NCBI GenBank assembly: GCA_013343275.1
Contig: CP046106.1
Span: 64,001 to 128,000, forward strand
Source of the DNA: Candidatus Nanohaloarchaea archaeon
Lineage (GTDB): Archaea; Nanohalarchaeota; Nanosalinia; Nanosalinales; Nanosalinaceae
DNA: 64,000 bases
Direction: 5' to 3'
In this document: positions 20,063-29,894 of the stretch, in pieces
Numbering within the stretch: position 1 is the stretch's first letter
Layout of the letters: the number at the start of each line of letters is the position of its first letter
The notes under the pieces: model-generated
What the model was told of the DNA's origin: nothing
The model's input: the letters and a program-made list of their open reading frames with translations, nothing else
The model's database searches: none
Position numbers and translations under genes: made by a program

Positions 20063-20127
20063 AAAGTAACAAATTATTGCAAAAGTTTTTAAGTTTGTCT
20101 TGACTAAACGGTTAATGTGATTGAGCA

Positions 20128-21381
20128 ATGAGTTCTAAGGACAAGTTGAAGGAGATGAGGGAGAAATCCCAGGAGAGAAGGATTGAGGCTGTCGAAGAGT
20201 TCTCCGACAAGCTGCAGGAAAAGCTAGGAGATAAGGTCAAGGTTGTAGCTGTCTGGGGATCTGTTCCGAAAGGAGAGCATGGCTATGACTCCGATATAGA
20301 TACTCTTGTCATTTTAGACGATACTAAGTTGAAGAAAGACGTTCCTGACGATGCAAAGAAGAAGATCAGGAAGAAAGTTACTAATCTAGCGAAGGAAACA
20401 GATGAAAGGATTACAATTCAGTACTTCCCATTCCTTACAGACTTCTGGGACTCTCTCAGAAAAGGAGAGCCTCTAGCAATCGAAGCAGTAAGAAATGGCG
20501 AACCTGTATACGACACAGGCCTGTTCATGCCTGCAAAAAGACTTCTGGAGAGAGGAAAGATCTCCGGAACTCAGGAATCTGTCAAGAAAAGGTTGAAGAT
20601 GGGTGCAGCAGGATACAAGAAGGCCGAGAAAAACTTCAAGTCCTCCATCCCTCACAAGCTGGAGCAATCGATGGCCAATGCTGGTCAGGCCCCTATCATG
20701 CTTGCCGGCAAGGCCCCTCCAGGAAAGGAGAATGTACCGGATACTCTAGAGGAGATGTTTGTGGAGCAGGGTATGCTTGAGGAAGAGTATGTTGAAAAGG
20801 CCCGTGAGATCTACGAGTTCGCAGATACTGGTGAGAAGGATCCTGAAGAGGTTACTGGTGAGGCAGTAGAAGAACATCTGGATAAGACTGATGACTTTGT
20901 CCGCAGAATGCATAAACTTGTGTCGCAGCTGGGAGCAAGGAAGAAGGTCAAGGGCATCGTCGATGACTACAAGAAGTTCCTCAAGGCCAACGTGGCAGCC
21001 CTTAAATCGCAAGGTGTCTCTCCACCGGAAGATAAGAGCGACTTGCCTGGTGTAGTAGAAGAGAACCTTGATGTCGGCGATGAGCATATTGAGATGTTCG
21101 ACCGCTGGGAGGACGTCATCGAAAAGGTCAAGGCCAAGGAACTAGATGATGTGCCAGAGAAGGAGATCTACGAGCTGAAAAGCGAGACCCGTGACTTTGT
21201 CTCAGAAGTCGGCAAGGATATCCAGAAGATGAAGGACGAGAAGAAAGACATGGGGCCGAACGTTGATACCTCCGAGATTGCGGAAGCGGCTGACACAAAA
21301 GACATGATGCCTAACCTAGAGAAAGAGGCTGAAAGAAAGGTCGAACAGGAAGAGGAAGAAGAGGAAGAGGCCGAGAAGTAG
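20128..21381 (+). CDS. minimal nucleotidyltransferase (Pol-beta superfamily) fused to HEPN-like helical domains
   Basis: VWGSVPKGEHGYDSDIDTLVILDD (GS...DxD); helical C-terminal region. Confidence 0.8.
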   Translation: MSSKDKLKEMREKSQERRIEAVEEFSDKLQEKLGDKVKVVAVWGSVPKGEHGYDSDIDTLVILDDTKLKKDVPDDAKKKIRKKVTNLAKETDERITIQYFPFLTDFWDSLRKGEPLAIEAVRNGEPVYDTGLFMPAKRLLERGKISGTQESVKKRLKMGAAGYKKAEKNFKSSIPHKLEQSMANAGQAPIMLAGKAPPGKENVPDTLEEMFVEQGMLEEEYVEKAREIYEFADTGEKDPEEVTGEAVEEHLDKTDDFVRRMHKLVSQLGARKKVKGIVDDYKKFLKANVAALKSQGVSPPEDKSDLPGVVEENLDVGDEHIEMFDRWEDVIEKVKAKELDDVPEKEIYELKSETRDFVSEVGKDIQKMKDEKKDMGPNVDTSEIAEAADTKDMMPNLEKEAERKVEQEEEEEEEAEK

Positions 21382-21384
21382 TTT

Positions 21385-22014
21385 TTAGGCCTCTTCTGAC
21401 ATTTCCTTAACTTTCTTCATACGGAATGTTTCTTCTCTTTCGCTTTCTTCCAGTGTCTGTGATACGTAGTCGAGATCTTCCTTCATTTCTGGAATTGTCT
21501 TGTGTTCCAGTGCGTTGACACGTCTCTTCGTCTTCTCGATCTCATCCAGAAGTTTGAGTACTTTGGTCTGTGTCTCCGCAGCCTGTATGATCTTCTCAAT
21601 CAGTTCCTCGTATCTATCTGCTACAGAGTCGATCCTGGAGGTTGAGGTGGTCAGGCCGTACTCTCTTTCGGTAACTGTTCTCTGAACGCTTTCTGATTCT
21701 ATTTCAGGGACTACTACACCCATGATGTTCTGTGTTTCGGCCTTGATCTGCGGTTCGTTCTCAACATGCAGAGTGTTGGCCAGTAGAGTATCTTCGCCGT
21801 CGTACACCTTGGCCAGCAGAAGCTTCAATCGGGCCTCGGAGTAGAGATCGGCTAGTTCCTGGTTTACGTCCCTTGCATCACCGATTATCTCCATGAACTC
21901 GTGGATCAGGCCGTCTCTTTTCTTCTCCAGGATTTCGTGGCCGTTCTCTGCAAGCTCTATCTTCTCTTTCAGCTTGAGTTCTTCTGAACGTGTTGGTTTT
22001 ACGTCTTGGCTCAT
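21385..22014 (-). CDS. atpD: A-type ATPase subunit D
   Basis: PTR.EL..LK, LEKKRDGL, NIMGV, EIEKTKRRVNALE. Confidence 0.96.
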   Translation of the reverse strand: MSQDVKPTRSEELKLKEKIELAENGHEILEKKRDGLIHEFMEIIGDARDVNQELADLYSEARLKLLLAKVYDGEDTLLANTLHVENEPQIKAETQNIMGVVVPEIESESVQRTVTEREYGLTTSTSRIDSVADRYEELIEKIIQAAETQTKVLKLLDEIEKTKRRVNALEHKTIPEMKEDLDYVSQTLEESEREETFRMKKVKEMSEEA

Positions 22015-22044
22015 ATAATCACCTTTTTAGGAGCGAAGAGGTTT

Positions 22045-23439
22045 TTACTCCTCTTCCTCTTCGCTGGTTTCTGGCAGGTATTTCTCCCGAGTTTCTGGGT
22101 CCACTCTTGTGAGTTCTCCTTCTGGAACGATGGAGAGCAGATCCCACGCGATGGAGAGTGATTCCTCGATATCTCTGTTGGTTCGGGTTCCTTGATCAAT
22201 AATCTCCTGCTCGAACTGCCTCGTGAACTCGAGAACTTTCTCATCTCTGTCGCTCAGTGCGTCCTCTCCGACAATCGAAACCAGGTCTCTCAGGTTCTCA
22301 CCTTCTGCGTACAGAGCGTAGAGCTGGTCCTTGAGGTCGCCGTGGTCTTCACGGGTGTAACCCTCTCCGATACCGTTGTCCATAAGACGGGAAAGCGATG
22401 GAAGCACATCTACAGGAGGTTTCAGACCTTTGTTATCGAGATCTCTGTCCACAACGATCTGTCCTTCTGTAATGTATCCTGTAAGGTCAGGGATCGGGTG
22501 TGTCTTGTCGTCGTTAGGCATTGTCAGGATCGGGATCTGTGTGACTGATCCTTCACGGCCTTCGATAATTCCTGCTCTCTCGTAGATCTCTGCCAGGTCT
22601 GTGTACATGTATCCTGGGTAACCACGACGGCCTGGAACTTCCTCTCTTGCGGCTGATACTTCACGCAGTGCGTTGGCGTAGTTTGTCATGTCGGTCATGA
22701 TGACAAGCACTTCCATACCTTTCTCGAAAGCCAGGTACTCTGCAGTTGTCAGGGCCAGCCGTGGAGTGATCAGTCTCTCCGGTGCTGGATCGTCGGCCTT
22801 GTTCAGGAATACGACCGAGCGCTCAAGTGCTCCGGTCTCTCTGAACTCTTCGATGAACTCCTTGGACTCTTCATCTGTAATACCCATACCTGCGAACACT
22901 ACAGCGAATTCGTCGTCCTCTCCGGAAACATCGGCCTGTCGAGCGATCTGCATTGAAAGCTCGTTGTGCGGAAGGCCTGATCCCGAGAAGATAGGAAGCT
23001 TCTGTCCTCTTACCAGTGTGTTCATCAGGTCGATTGTCGTGATTCCTGTCTGGATGAAGTCCTCAGGTAGCTCACGAGAGTAAGGGTTGATGGCCTCCCC
23101 CTGGATATCTCTTTCCTCTTCAGGGATGATCTCTGGTCCGTCGTCGATTGGGTCTCCGGTTCCGTCAAGGATCCTGCCCAGTAGGTCGTCTGTTACGGGC
23201 ATTTTGACGTTCTGGTCCAGGAACTTGACGTGTGCATCTTTTCCGATTCCCTGTGTTTCCTCGTAGACCTGTACAACTACTACGTCTTTAGATGTCTCGA
23301 GGACTTCTCCTCTCTTTGTTTCGCCATCCGGCGTCTCGATTTCTACAATGTCTCCGTAGGCGATGTCTCGGGTTTTCTCTACGTATACGAGAGGTCCTTT
23401 AACTTCGTTGATCGTCTTGTATTCTTCTTGTTGGCTCAT
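22045..23439 (-). CDS. atpB: A-type ATPase subunit B
   Basis: [41 protein letters not shown]. Confidence 0.97.
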   Translation of the reverse strand: MSQQEEYKTINEVKGPLVYVEKTRDIAYGDIVEIETPDGETKRGEVLETSKDVVVVQVYEETQGIGKDAHVKFLDQNVKMPVTDDLLGRILDGTGDPIDDGPEIIPEEERDIQGEAINPYSRELPEDFIQTGITTIDLMNTLVRGQKLPIFSGSGLPHNELSMQIARQADVSGEDDEFAVVFAGMGITDEESKEFIEEFRETGALERSVVFLNKADDPAPERLITPRLALTTAEYLAFEKGMEVLVIMTDMTNYANALREVSAAREEVPGRRGYPGYMYTDLAEIYERAGIIEGREGSVTQIPILTMPNDDKTHPIPDLTGYITEGQIVVDRDLDNKGLKPPVDVLPSLSRLMDNGIGEGYTREDHGDLKDQLYALYAEGENLRDLVSIVGEDALSDRDEKVLEFTRQFEQEIIDQGTRTNRDIEESLSIAWDLLSIVPEGELTRVDPETREKYLPETSEEEEE

Positions 23440-23480
23440 TCTACATCACCTTGTGATGTTGATCTTAGAAAATCTTGCAT
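23436..23480 (-). CDS. putative 14-aa mini-cistron upstream of atpB ([14 protein letters not shown])
   Basis: Own SD GAGGTG 7 nt upstream; stop overlaps atpB start (ATGA); contains the atpB SD inside a hairpin. Confidence 0.5.
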   Translation of the reverse strand: MQDFLRSTSQGDVE

Positions 23481-23492
23481 TTTCGGCCACCT

Positions 23493-25229
23493 CTACTCCT
23501 CGACTACCTCGTCGAACTCCTGTTCCATCTGATCACGGATTTCCTGAACTGTTTCCAGGTAGTCCTCTGAGGTTGCTACCTCGCTGATACGGTTTTTGGA
23601 GTCGAGGGTGATGATGTCTTCTACAAGTGCTCCTTCTTCGAGGGCCTCGTAGGCGTTGTTACCCCAGTCGAGGATCAGGTCGAGTATTTCATGGGTTTTC
23701 TCTGGTTCTGAGTACTGGTCTACAGGGTGGAAAGCGTTCTGCTGTAGGTAGAACTGTTTGACCATGTCTGCAATCTCTAGAGTCAGTCTTTCACGGTCTG
23801 GAAGTGCGTCCTTACCTACAAGCTGAACTGTTTCCTGGAGCTCTCCGTCCTTCTGAAGAAGGTCTTTGGCTTCCTGTATGTTTTCCTCCCATTCTTCGTC
23901 GACTTCTTCGCTGAAGTAGTCAACTAGTTTGTCGGAGTATCCTGAGTAGGAGTCATCCCAGTTGATCGATGGGAAGTGCCTCTTCTCGGCGAGGTCTGCA
24001 TCCAGTGCCCAGAAGTTCTTCGCTACACGTAGAGTGTTCTGGGTTACTGGCTCCGAGAAGTCTCCTCCTGGAGGTGAGACTGCTCCGATGATGGAGACAG
24101 ATCCTGGATCATCAGGGCCTAGAGGTTTGACTCTTCCTGCTCTCTCGTAGAACTCTGCGAGTCGAGAGGCCAGGTATGCTGGGTATCCTCTTTCTCCAGG
24201 CATCTCTTCGAGTCTTGCTGATACTTCACGCATAGCTTCTGCCCATCTTGATGTTGAGTCTGCCATCAGGGCTACGTCGAGACCCATGTCTCTGAAGTAT
24301 TCTGCGATTGTTACTCCGGTATAAATGGAGGCCTCTCTTGCTGCTACTGGCATGTTTGATGTGTTTGCAATCAGTACTGTACGGTTGATGATTTTGTCTC
24401 CTGTCTGTGGATCCTCAAGTTCTGGGAACTCTTCGAGGACTTCTGTCATCTCGTTTCCTCTTTCTCCGCATCCGATGTATACGATGATGTCTGCATCGGA
24501 GAACTTGGCCAAGGACTGCTGTGTAACAGTTTTTCCTGAACCGAATGGCCCTGGAATGGCTGCTGTTCCTCCTTTTGCGATTGGGAAGAATCCGTCAAGT
24601 ACTCTCTGGCCTGTGATCAGAGGAACTTCTGGCTTCATCTTTTCTTCTTCCTCTCTCGGCTGTCTGATAGGCCATTCCTGTCTCATCTGGATTTCTTCGC
24701 CGTCTTCCAGAGTGACTACTGTTTCTTTGACTGTGTGTTCTCCGGCCCGGATTTCTTCGATTGTTCCTCCTTCGCTTCCCGGTGGAACCATTACCTTGTG
24801 TGTTCCGAAGTCTACATCGACTTTACCGATTACATCGCCGGAACTGACTTCGTCGCCTTCCTCTCTTGTAGGCCTGAAGTCATATTCTTCTTCCATGTCG
24901 ATTCCTGGTGCGTCTTCACCTCTTTCGATGAAGTCGCCGGTCATCTCCTGCAGTACCGGTAGAGGTCTCTGAAGTCCGTCGTAGATGGAGCCTAGAAGTC
25001 CTGGCCCTAGCTCTACGGATAGTGGTTCTTCAGTGTTCTCTACAGGTTCTCCCGGTTTTACTCCGGTTGTCTGTTCGTAGACCTGTATGTATGATTTTTC
25101 TCCTTCGATTTGGATAACTTCTCCCATGAGTCCTTCTTCGCCGACTTTAACTACGTCGTACATCTGAGGATCCATGCCGGTAGCGATAACCACCGGACCT
25201 GCTACTTTGTAAATTTCTCCATCAGCCAT
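23493..25229 (-). CDS. atpA: A-type ATPase catalytic subunit A (no intein)
   Basis: [42 protein letters not shown]. Confidence 0.97.
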   Translation of the reverse strand: MADGEIYKVAGPVVIATGMDPQMYDVVKVGEEGLMGEVIQIEGEKSYIQVYEQTTGVKPGEPVENTEEPLSVELGPGLLGSIYDGLQRPLPVLQEMTGDFIERGEDAPGIDMEEEYDFRPTREEGDEVSSGDVIGKVDVDFGTHKVMVPPGSEGGTIEEIRAGEHTVKETVVTLEDGEEIQMRQEWPIRQPREEEEKMKPEVPLITGQRVLDGFFPIAKGGTAAIPGPFGSGKTVTQQSLAKFSDADIIVYIGCGERGNEMTEVLEEFPELEDPQTGDKIINRTVLIANTSNMPVAAREASIYTGVTIAEYFRDMGLDVALMADSTSRWAEAMREVSARLEEMPGERGYPAYLASRLAEFYERAGRVKPLGPDDPGSVSIIGAVSPPGGDFSEPVTQNTLRVAKNFWALDADLAEKRHFPSINWDDSYSGYSDKLVDYFSEEVDEEWEENIQEAKDLLQKDGELQETVQLVGKDALPDRERLTLEIADMVKQFYLQQNAFHPVDQYSEPEKTHEILDLILDWGNNAYEALEEGALVEDIITLDSKNRISEVATSEDYLETVQEIRDQMEQEFDEVVEE

Positions 25230-25285
25230 TACTGTTCACCTCGAACAGTTGTGCTTTGTAGAAAACTTTGAGTTTTCGATTTCAT
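25229..25285 (-). CDS. putative 18-aa mini-cistron upstream of atpA ([18 protein letters not shown])
   Basis: Own SD AGGTGA 9 nt upstream; stop overlaps atpA start (TAATG); the atpA SD lies in a hairpin loop inside it. Confidence 0.55.
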   Translation of the reverse strand: MKSKTQSFLQSTTVRGEQ

Positions 25286-25314
25286 TTTTGTGTTTCACCT
25301 TATAGTATGAGTTT

Positions 25315-25635
25315 TTATTCTGGAGTGATGTCTGCTCCAATTGCTTTCTTGATTTTCTCCTGCAACCGTTCGCTTTCTGCTTCCTCGGAAAGCGGTACTA
25401 CGACAGGATCTACCGAGCTGCTTACGTTCTTCTGGATTCTCTCCGGTAGCTCCTTTAGATCCTTCTCTTTCACTACCAGGATACCGATGTCTTCTCTGCT
25501 GGTTAGTTCCTGAATCTTTTCCCTGTAGTTTTCCTTTTCGAATACCTTCTCTACTCCTGCAAGCTGGAATCCAAGCGTGAAGTCCTGATCTCCGATCACT
25601 GCAAGATTCTTTTTCTCCATATCTTCGTCTGTCAT
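25315..25635 (-). CDS. atpF: A-type ATPase subunit F
   Basis: AVIGD.DF.LGF.LAG, L.EKIKKAIG. Confidence 0.94.
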   Translation of the reverse strand: MTDEDMEKKNLAVIGDQDFTLGFQLAGVEKVFEKENYREKIQELTSREDIGILVVKEKDLKELPERIQKNVSSSVDPVVVPLSEEAESERLQEKIKKAIGADITPE

Positions 25636-25641
25636 TCAATT

Positions 25642-26661
25642 TCACCTTTCTGGAACAATCAAGTTTCTTCTGATGGTTTCGATATTGTGGATACCTGTCT
25701 CCTTCGCTCTGATCAGCATCCGGAGATTTTCAACCTCTGTAATTTTCGCAACAACGTATCCAATAATCGAGGTAAGGCCCAGTGGCTCTGTGTGGAGCAT
25801 TTTCAAGGCCTTCCGCAGTCTCTTTACTTCCAGTTCTCTTTCTATCTCCTCGAGGTCTTCGTCAGTTGAGCTTATTCTCTCTTCCTCGGCAAGTATCTCT
25901 ACTGCGTGATTGAGGTCTTCTGCCTCGATTACTTTGTCCACTATTTCCGATCCGCCGTTCTCTATCATCCTTTCCCGGATTTCCTCTCTTCCCTGTCCGT
26001 GTTTTTTCAGCCTTAATGCGACCGTAAGGTTCTGGTGTTCCATCTCTCTTTTCAGGAAGTTCTGGAACTCCTCGCTTCTTACCTCTCCCGCCAGAAGCTC
26101 TAGTTCGTCGAAATGGGCCTGGTCGAGAGCTGTCTCAATCTCTGATACAGATTCCTTCCCTTCAAGGTAGTTGCTGTAATCTATCTTGGCGTCAAAGTCT
26201 AGTTCATCCACGATTTCGTCGAGGTCTTTCTCCGATAGTTCCTTGAGTTCTTTGTAGGTGAAGCTGGAGACAGGGGTTAGAATCGACTCTATGTCGAGGT
26301 CTCCTTGGTCACTAAGCTTCCACCTGAGCAGCCTCTTGATGCTTAAAATATCGTACCTTCTGAGGTAGGCCTCCAGGATTTCGCTCAGATCCTCTGGCGC
26401 CATCTCCACAAGTTCGGACAGGGAACGGGCCAGGTTGCGTGTGAGTCCTAGTTCAACCAGTCGTACACCATCGTAGTTCGACCCTAGTGCATCGATATCT
26501 TCCTTGTACTCTCCTTCTTCCAGATTTCTCGAAATCTCGTTTACACCCATCTTCATGAAGTTCTCGTAGTCGCTGCTCTCCAGAAGCTTTGCCTTCTTGG
26601 CGCTGACACGGGCGTACATGTAAGGGTAGTCTCTCTCGGTTCCTAGGGCCATGTTCTCCAC
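25642..26661 (-). CDS. atpC: A-type ATPase subunit C
   Basis: Y.YARV.A...LL, E..NLR.LIRAK; operon position. Confidence 0.92.
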   Translation of the reverse strand: MENMALGTERDYPYMYARVSAKKAKLLESSDYENFMKMGVNEISRNLEEGEYKEDIDALGSNYDGVRLVELGLTRNLARSLSELVEMAPEDLSEILEAYLRRYDILSIKRLLRWKLSDQGDLDIESILTPVSSFTYKELKELSEKDLDEIVDELDFDAKIDYSNYLEGKESVSEIETALDQAHFDELELLAGEVRSEEFQNFLKREMEHQNLTVALRLKKHGQGREEIRERMIENGGSEIVDKVIEAEDLNHAVEILAEEERISSTDEDLEEIERELEVKRLRKALKMLHTEPLGLTSIIGYVVAKITEVENLRMLIRAKETGIHNIETIRRNLIVPER

Positions 26662-27204
26662 TCAGTTAAACAGTTTCTCCGCTACCTGATTTCTGTAGTT
26701 TTCACGGTAGTTCTCAACGATTTTATCTAGTTTAAAGTTCAGACGCTTTAATCCGTCTTCAGAAACCACTACAAGACCTTCGTCTTCAATCTCCTCGAAG
26801 TCGTAACCTTCGCTCTCTACTGCGTCTTCAAGGCCTTCGCTGCCCTGAATCTTCCCTACGTCGAAATCTGCCTTTTCAACACAGCTCGTGACGAATTCTT
26901 CCTGGTTGTCATCTACTTTCTCGGAGAGTTCGTCTCTGAACTCGTCGAATACATTGTTCAGTGCGTTCTGCTTGGCTTCGAGCTTTTTCTCCTTGGCCTT
27001 CATTCTGGCGTTTGCAAGGCCTTTCTTCTTGATGGATTCCTTTTCTTCCTCTATCTCTTTCTCTACTCTTTCCTCGATTTTTTCAGCTTCCTGCTGCGCT
27101 TCTTCTCTGATCTCTTCTGCTTCTTCCTCTGCTTCTTCCACTATACTGTTTGCTTTTTCTTCTGCGTCGTTCAAGACTTCTGATTTAACGTCTTCAAGTG
27201 CCAT
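26662..27204 (-). CDS. atpE: A-type ATPase subunit E
   Basis: N-terminal coiled coil, GLVVVSEDG, VA..LF end. Confidence 0.9.
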   Translation of the reverse strand: MALEDVKSEVLNDAEEKANSIVEEAEEEAEEIREEAQQEAEKIEERVEKEIEEEKESIKKKGLANARMKAKEKKLEAKQNALNNVFDEFRDELSEKVDDNQEEFVTSCVEKADFDVGKIQGSEGLEDAVESEGYDFEEIEDEGLVVVSEDGLKRLNFKLDKIVENYRENYRNQVAEKLFN

Positions 27205-27258
27205 AGTACTTTTTCCTCCTTTTCTCTACGTATGTCTTCGAATAAATTGAAAGTGGTG

Positions 27259-27278
27259 AAGGGCCTTTGAAGGGCCCT
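27259..27278 (-). other. GC-rich hairpin downstream of atpK (possible mRNA stabiliser or partial terminator)
   Basis: Minus strand AGGGCC-CTTCAAA-GGCCCT. Confidence 0.4.
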
Positions 27279-27292
27279 CCGGGTGGTTTTTT

Positions 27293-27526
27293 CTATATGA
27301 ATCCTGTTGCTACCAGTGAGACTACAAGTCCGAAGATAACCATTGTCTCCGGGATAACTGTAAGGATCAGGACGTTACCGAATAGGCTGTCGTCCTCTGC
27401 AAGAGCTCCTACTCCTGCTGATCCAATCTTTGCCTGTGCCCAGGCTGTTGCGAGTGCTGAGAGACCTATTGCTAGGCCTGCACCAATTGCCTGTAGTCCA
27501 CCGATTGCTGCTGTCTCTGTTGCCAT
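27293..27526 (-). CDS. atpK: A-type ATPase proteolipid subunit K (c)
   Basis: Single hairpin; IGAGLAIGL..AQ..IG, IPETMVIFGLVV with the ion-binding Glu. Confidence 0.95.
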   Translation of the reverse strand: MATETAAIGGLQAIGAGLAIGLSALATAWAQAKIGSAGVGALAEDDSLFGNVLILTVIPETMVIFGLVVSLVATGFI

Positions 27527-27541
27527 TGTGTGGTTTTCACC

Positions 27542-27619
27542 TCAAAATATAATTTTGAAAATCCGAGTGGATTTTCTGCTAACAGATTCCGGAAAAGAAT
27601 CTGTGTTTTTCGGCTTCAT
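27542..27619 (-). CDS. putative 25-aa mini-cistron between atpI and atpK (MKPKNTDSFPESVSRKSTRIFKIIF)
   Basis: Start overlaps atpI stop (ATGA); stop overlaps the GAGGTGA SD of atpK; spans three hairpins. Confidence 0.45.
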   Translation of the reverse strand: MKPKNTDSFPESVSRKSTRIFKIIF

Positions 27620-29439
27620 TTTGAAGCCTCTGCTCCGAATGGAGCGTATTTTTTACCGCCTCCTTCGTAGAACTTTCCGAACATCTCCACGTAGTGGAGT
27701 CGGATGCCCTGAAGGAAGCCTTCGATGATTTTGATGAATGAGTTGAATGTGTGTCCGAATACCAGTACTACTAGGCCTAGAGTGATTCCGAGCACTGTTC
27801 CTGACTGGAAAAGCGGTTCAGCCAGTGAGTTGACTACTACGGCTAGTGATACTGCTGCTACTGATACTCCGAATAGTCGGAGGTAGGACAGGATATTGGA
27901 CATCAGTGATGGGATCTCTACTACTCCTTCGATACCCTCTCCCAGGTAGAGTGTGATGACTGAGAGCAGGATTACTGGCAGGCCTGCTTCCATACCGACA
28001 AAGTACCATAGTGCTGCACCTGCTTCGAGTGCAATCCATGATCCTTTCTCAAGCAAGGCCTCTTTGATGCCGTGCCGGTTGAACTCGTTGTACGCCCCGA
28101 TCAGGTAGCCTAGGTTGACATGTACCAGTCCGATAAGTGCTGAGATCGTGAATACCTGGCCTAGGTGCTCTGCTCTGTGGAACAGTACCGGGATCTGGCT
28201 GAACACGTGCAGTCCGAACTGTTCTGCCAGTATGGAGTGCGATCCGAAGATCATGTATCCGAATGCGTCTCCGAACGCCAGGCCGAAGGCCATAGTGGCG
28301 ATGGAGGCGTACATGAGCGACTTGAATATTTCCTCGGCTCCGTCAATCATACGGTATCCTGCGTAGAAGATTGCGAACGTGGAGAGTCCGTATCCGAAGT
28401 CTCCGATCATGAATCCGAAGAATAGAGGGAATGTAAGCATGAGGATGACTGATGGATCAAGTTCGTCGTGTCGTGGTACTGCCATCAGATCTGTAAGAGA
28501 TTCGAAAGGCTGTACGAACCGGTTGTTGTCGTGCTGTACAGGAGGGTTGTCTCCTTCCTCTTTCTGGATATGTACCTTTCCTTCGGTTACTTCTGCTACT
28601 CTCTCCTCGAAGTCGTCGAATGACTCGGAAGGTATCCATCCTTCTATGATGAATGTGTTTTCTGTAGTACCAAACTTCAGAGGTACTTCTGCCTTCTCGA
28701 TTCTTTCTGTAAGGTATTCGTCGGCTGTTTCAAGCTTACCTCTCCACTCGTGAGCTATATCTTCCAGCTCCGACTCTACCTGCTCTATCTCCTCTCTGTA
28801 CTCTTCTTTCTGTGACTGTGCGTTGCTTACTATGCTTTCAGGAGTTCCTGAGTAATCGCCTTCAGGTAGTTCAAAACTTCTCTCCTGAACATCCATCAAC
28901 ACATCTTCTACGCCGGAGTCTTTCTCGTAGACAACAACTGTAGCTCCGTTTCCTTCAAGAACCTCGTAGTTACCGGAGGCCTGCGATCTGAACTCTTCCT
29001 CATCAAGGACTCCGATGAAGACATCCAGGTTCTCTGACCCTTCAAGGTCCTCGTAGGTTAGGCCTGTTCCTGATACTTTTCTGAAGAACTTTCTATCATC
29101 ATTTAAACTTGAGATCTTTCTGCTGAATTCTTCTTTCTTTGCTGTAAGCCTGTCGATATCGGACGAAATCTGCTCTACGTTGTCCTGTATCTCTTCAAGA
29201 TCTAAATCTTCTTCTTCGGTTTCTACTTCCGGAAGCTTTGATTCGAGAGATCTTATATCGACTAGAAGCTGTGAGAGGTCCTCTGCCTCTTCAAAGGGTT
29301 CTCCTGTATCAAGCTCTCCGTCGTAAGATTCTATATCCAGAATTTCGAGAGAGTGGAGTTCATCGATAACATCTTTTAGATATTTCTTCGGGCCGGTTAC
29401 TGAGGTTTTGGTCATCTCTGCTGGTTTTATTTTAATCAC
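27616..29439 (-). CDS. atpI: A-type ATPase subunit I (a)
   Basis: DPS, FPLFFGFMIGDFGYG, ILSYLRL, RLHYVE.FGKFY. Confidence 0.95.
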   Translation of the reverse strand: MIKIKPAEMTKTSVTGPKKYLKDVIDELHSLEILDIESYDGELDTGEPFEEAEDLSQLLVDIRSLESKLPEVETEEEDLDLEEIQDNVEQISSDIDRLTAKKEEFSRKISSLNDDRKFFRKVSGTGLTYEDLEGSENLDVFIGVLDEEEFRSQASGNYEVLEGNGATVVVYEKDSGVEDVLMDVQERSFELPEGDYSGTPESIVSNAQSQKEEYREEIEQVESELEDIAHEWRGKLETADEYLTERIEKAEVPLKFGTTENTFIIEGWIPSESFDDFEERVAEVTEGKVHIQKEEGDNPPVQHDNNRFVQPFESLTDLMAVPRHDELDPSVILMLTFPLFFGFMIGDFGYGLSTFAIFYAGYRMIDGAEEIFKSLMYASIATMAFGLAFGDAFGYMIFGSHSILAEQFGLHVFSQIPVLFHRAEHLGQVFTISALIGLVHVNLGYLIGAYNEFNRHGIKEALLEKGSWIALEAGAALWYFVGMEAGLPVILLSVITLYLGEGIEGVVEIPSLMSNILSYLRLFGVSVAAVSLAVVVNSLAEPLFQSGTVLGITLGLVVLVFGHTFNSFIKIIEGFLQGIRLHYVEMFGKFYEGGGKKYAPFGAEASK

Positions 29440-29787
29440 CTAGAGGAAGTCTTCTCTAAATTGCTGTTCCAGAACTTCTTTTGCTTCCTCGCTGTTTTCC
29501 TTGGCATGCTGCTTGGTATCTGCGGCTTCGTCTTCTCCTTCTTCAATTATCTCTTCTTTCTGCTCTTCTATCTCTTTACGGAAGTCTCTGAGTTCCTTCT
29601 CCTTTCTCTCCTGCATGTTTTCCTTCTTGCTGTCTACTATTTCATCTGCCTCTTCCCTGGCATCGGAAAGAATCTCTTCCCTGCTTTCCTCTGCGTCTTC
29701 GATAATGGATTTGGCGTCTTTCTCTGCCTTTTTGACTTCTTGTACTACATTACTCAAAACAAAACCACCGCAAGAAAACATGAGCAT
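29440..29787 (-). CDS. atpH: A-type ATPase subunit H (G); start uncertain
   Basis: Charged coiled coil, first gene of the operon. Confidence 0.8.
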   Translation of the reverse strand: MLMFSCGGFVLSNVVQEVKKAEKDAKSIIEDAEESREEILSDAREEADEIVDSKKENMQERKEKELRDFRKEIEEQKEEIIEEGEDEAADTKQHAKENSEEAKEVLEQQFREDFL

Positions 29788-29894
29788 TGAAAGGTTTATA
29801 AAAGGTGCGAGCAGCTTTTCTCCGCCTCCTCTTTAAAAGAGTTGCGCTGACCCTGGTTTCTGATTTAAAAATAGTTCTCGATACATCAAGATAC

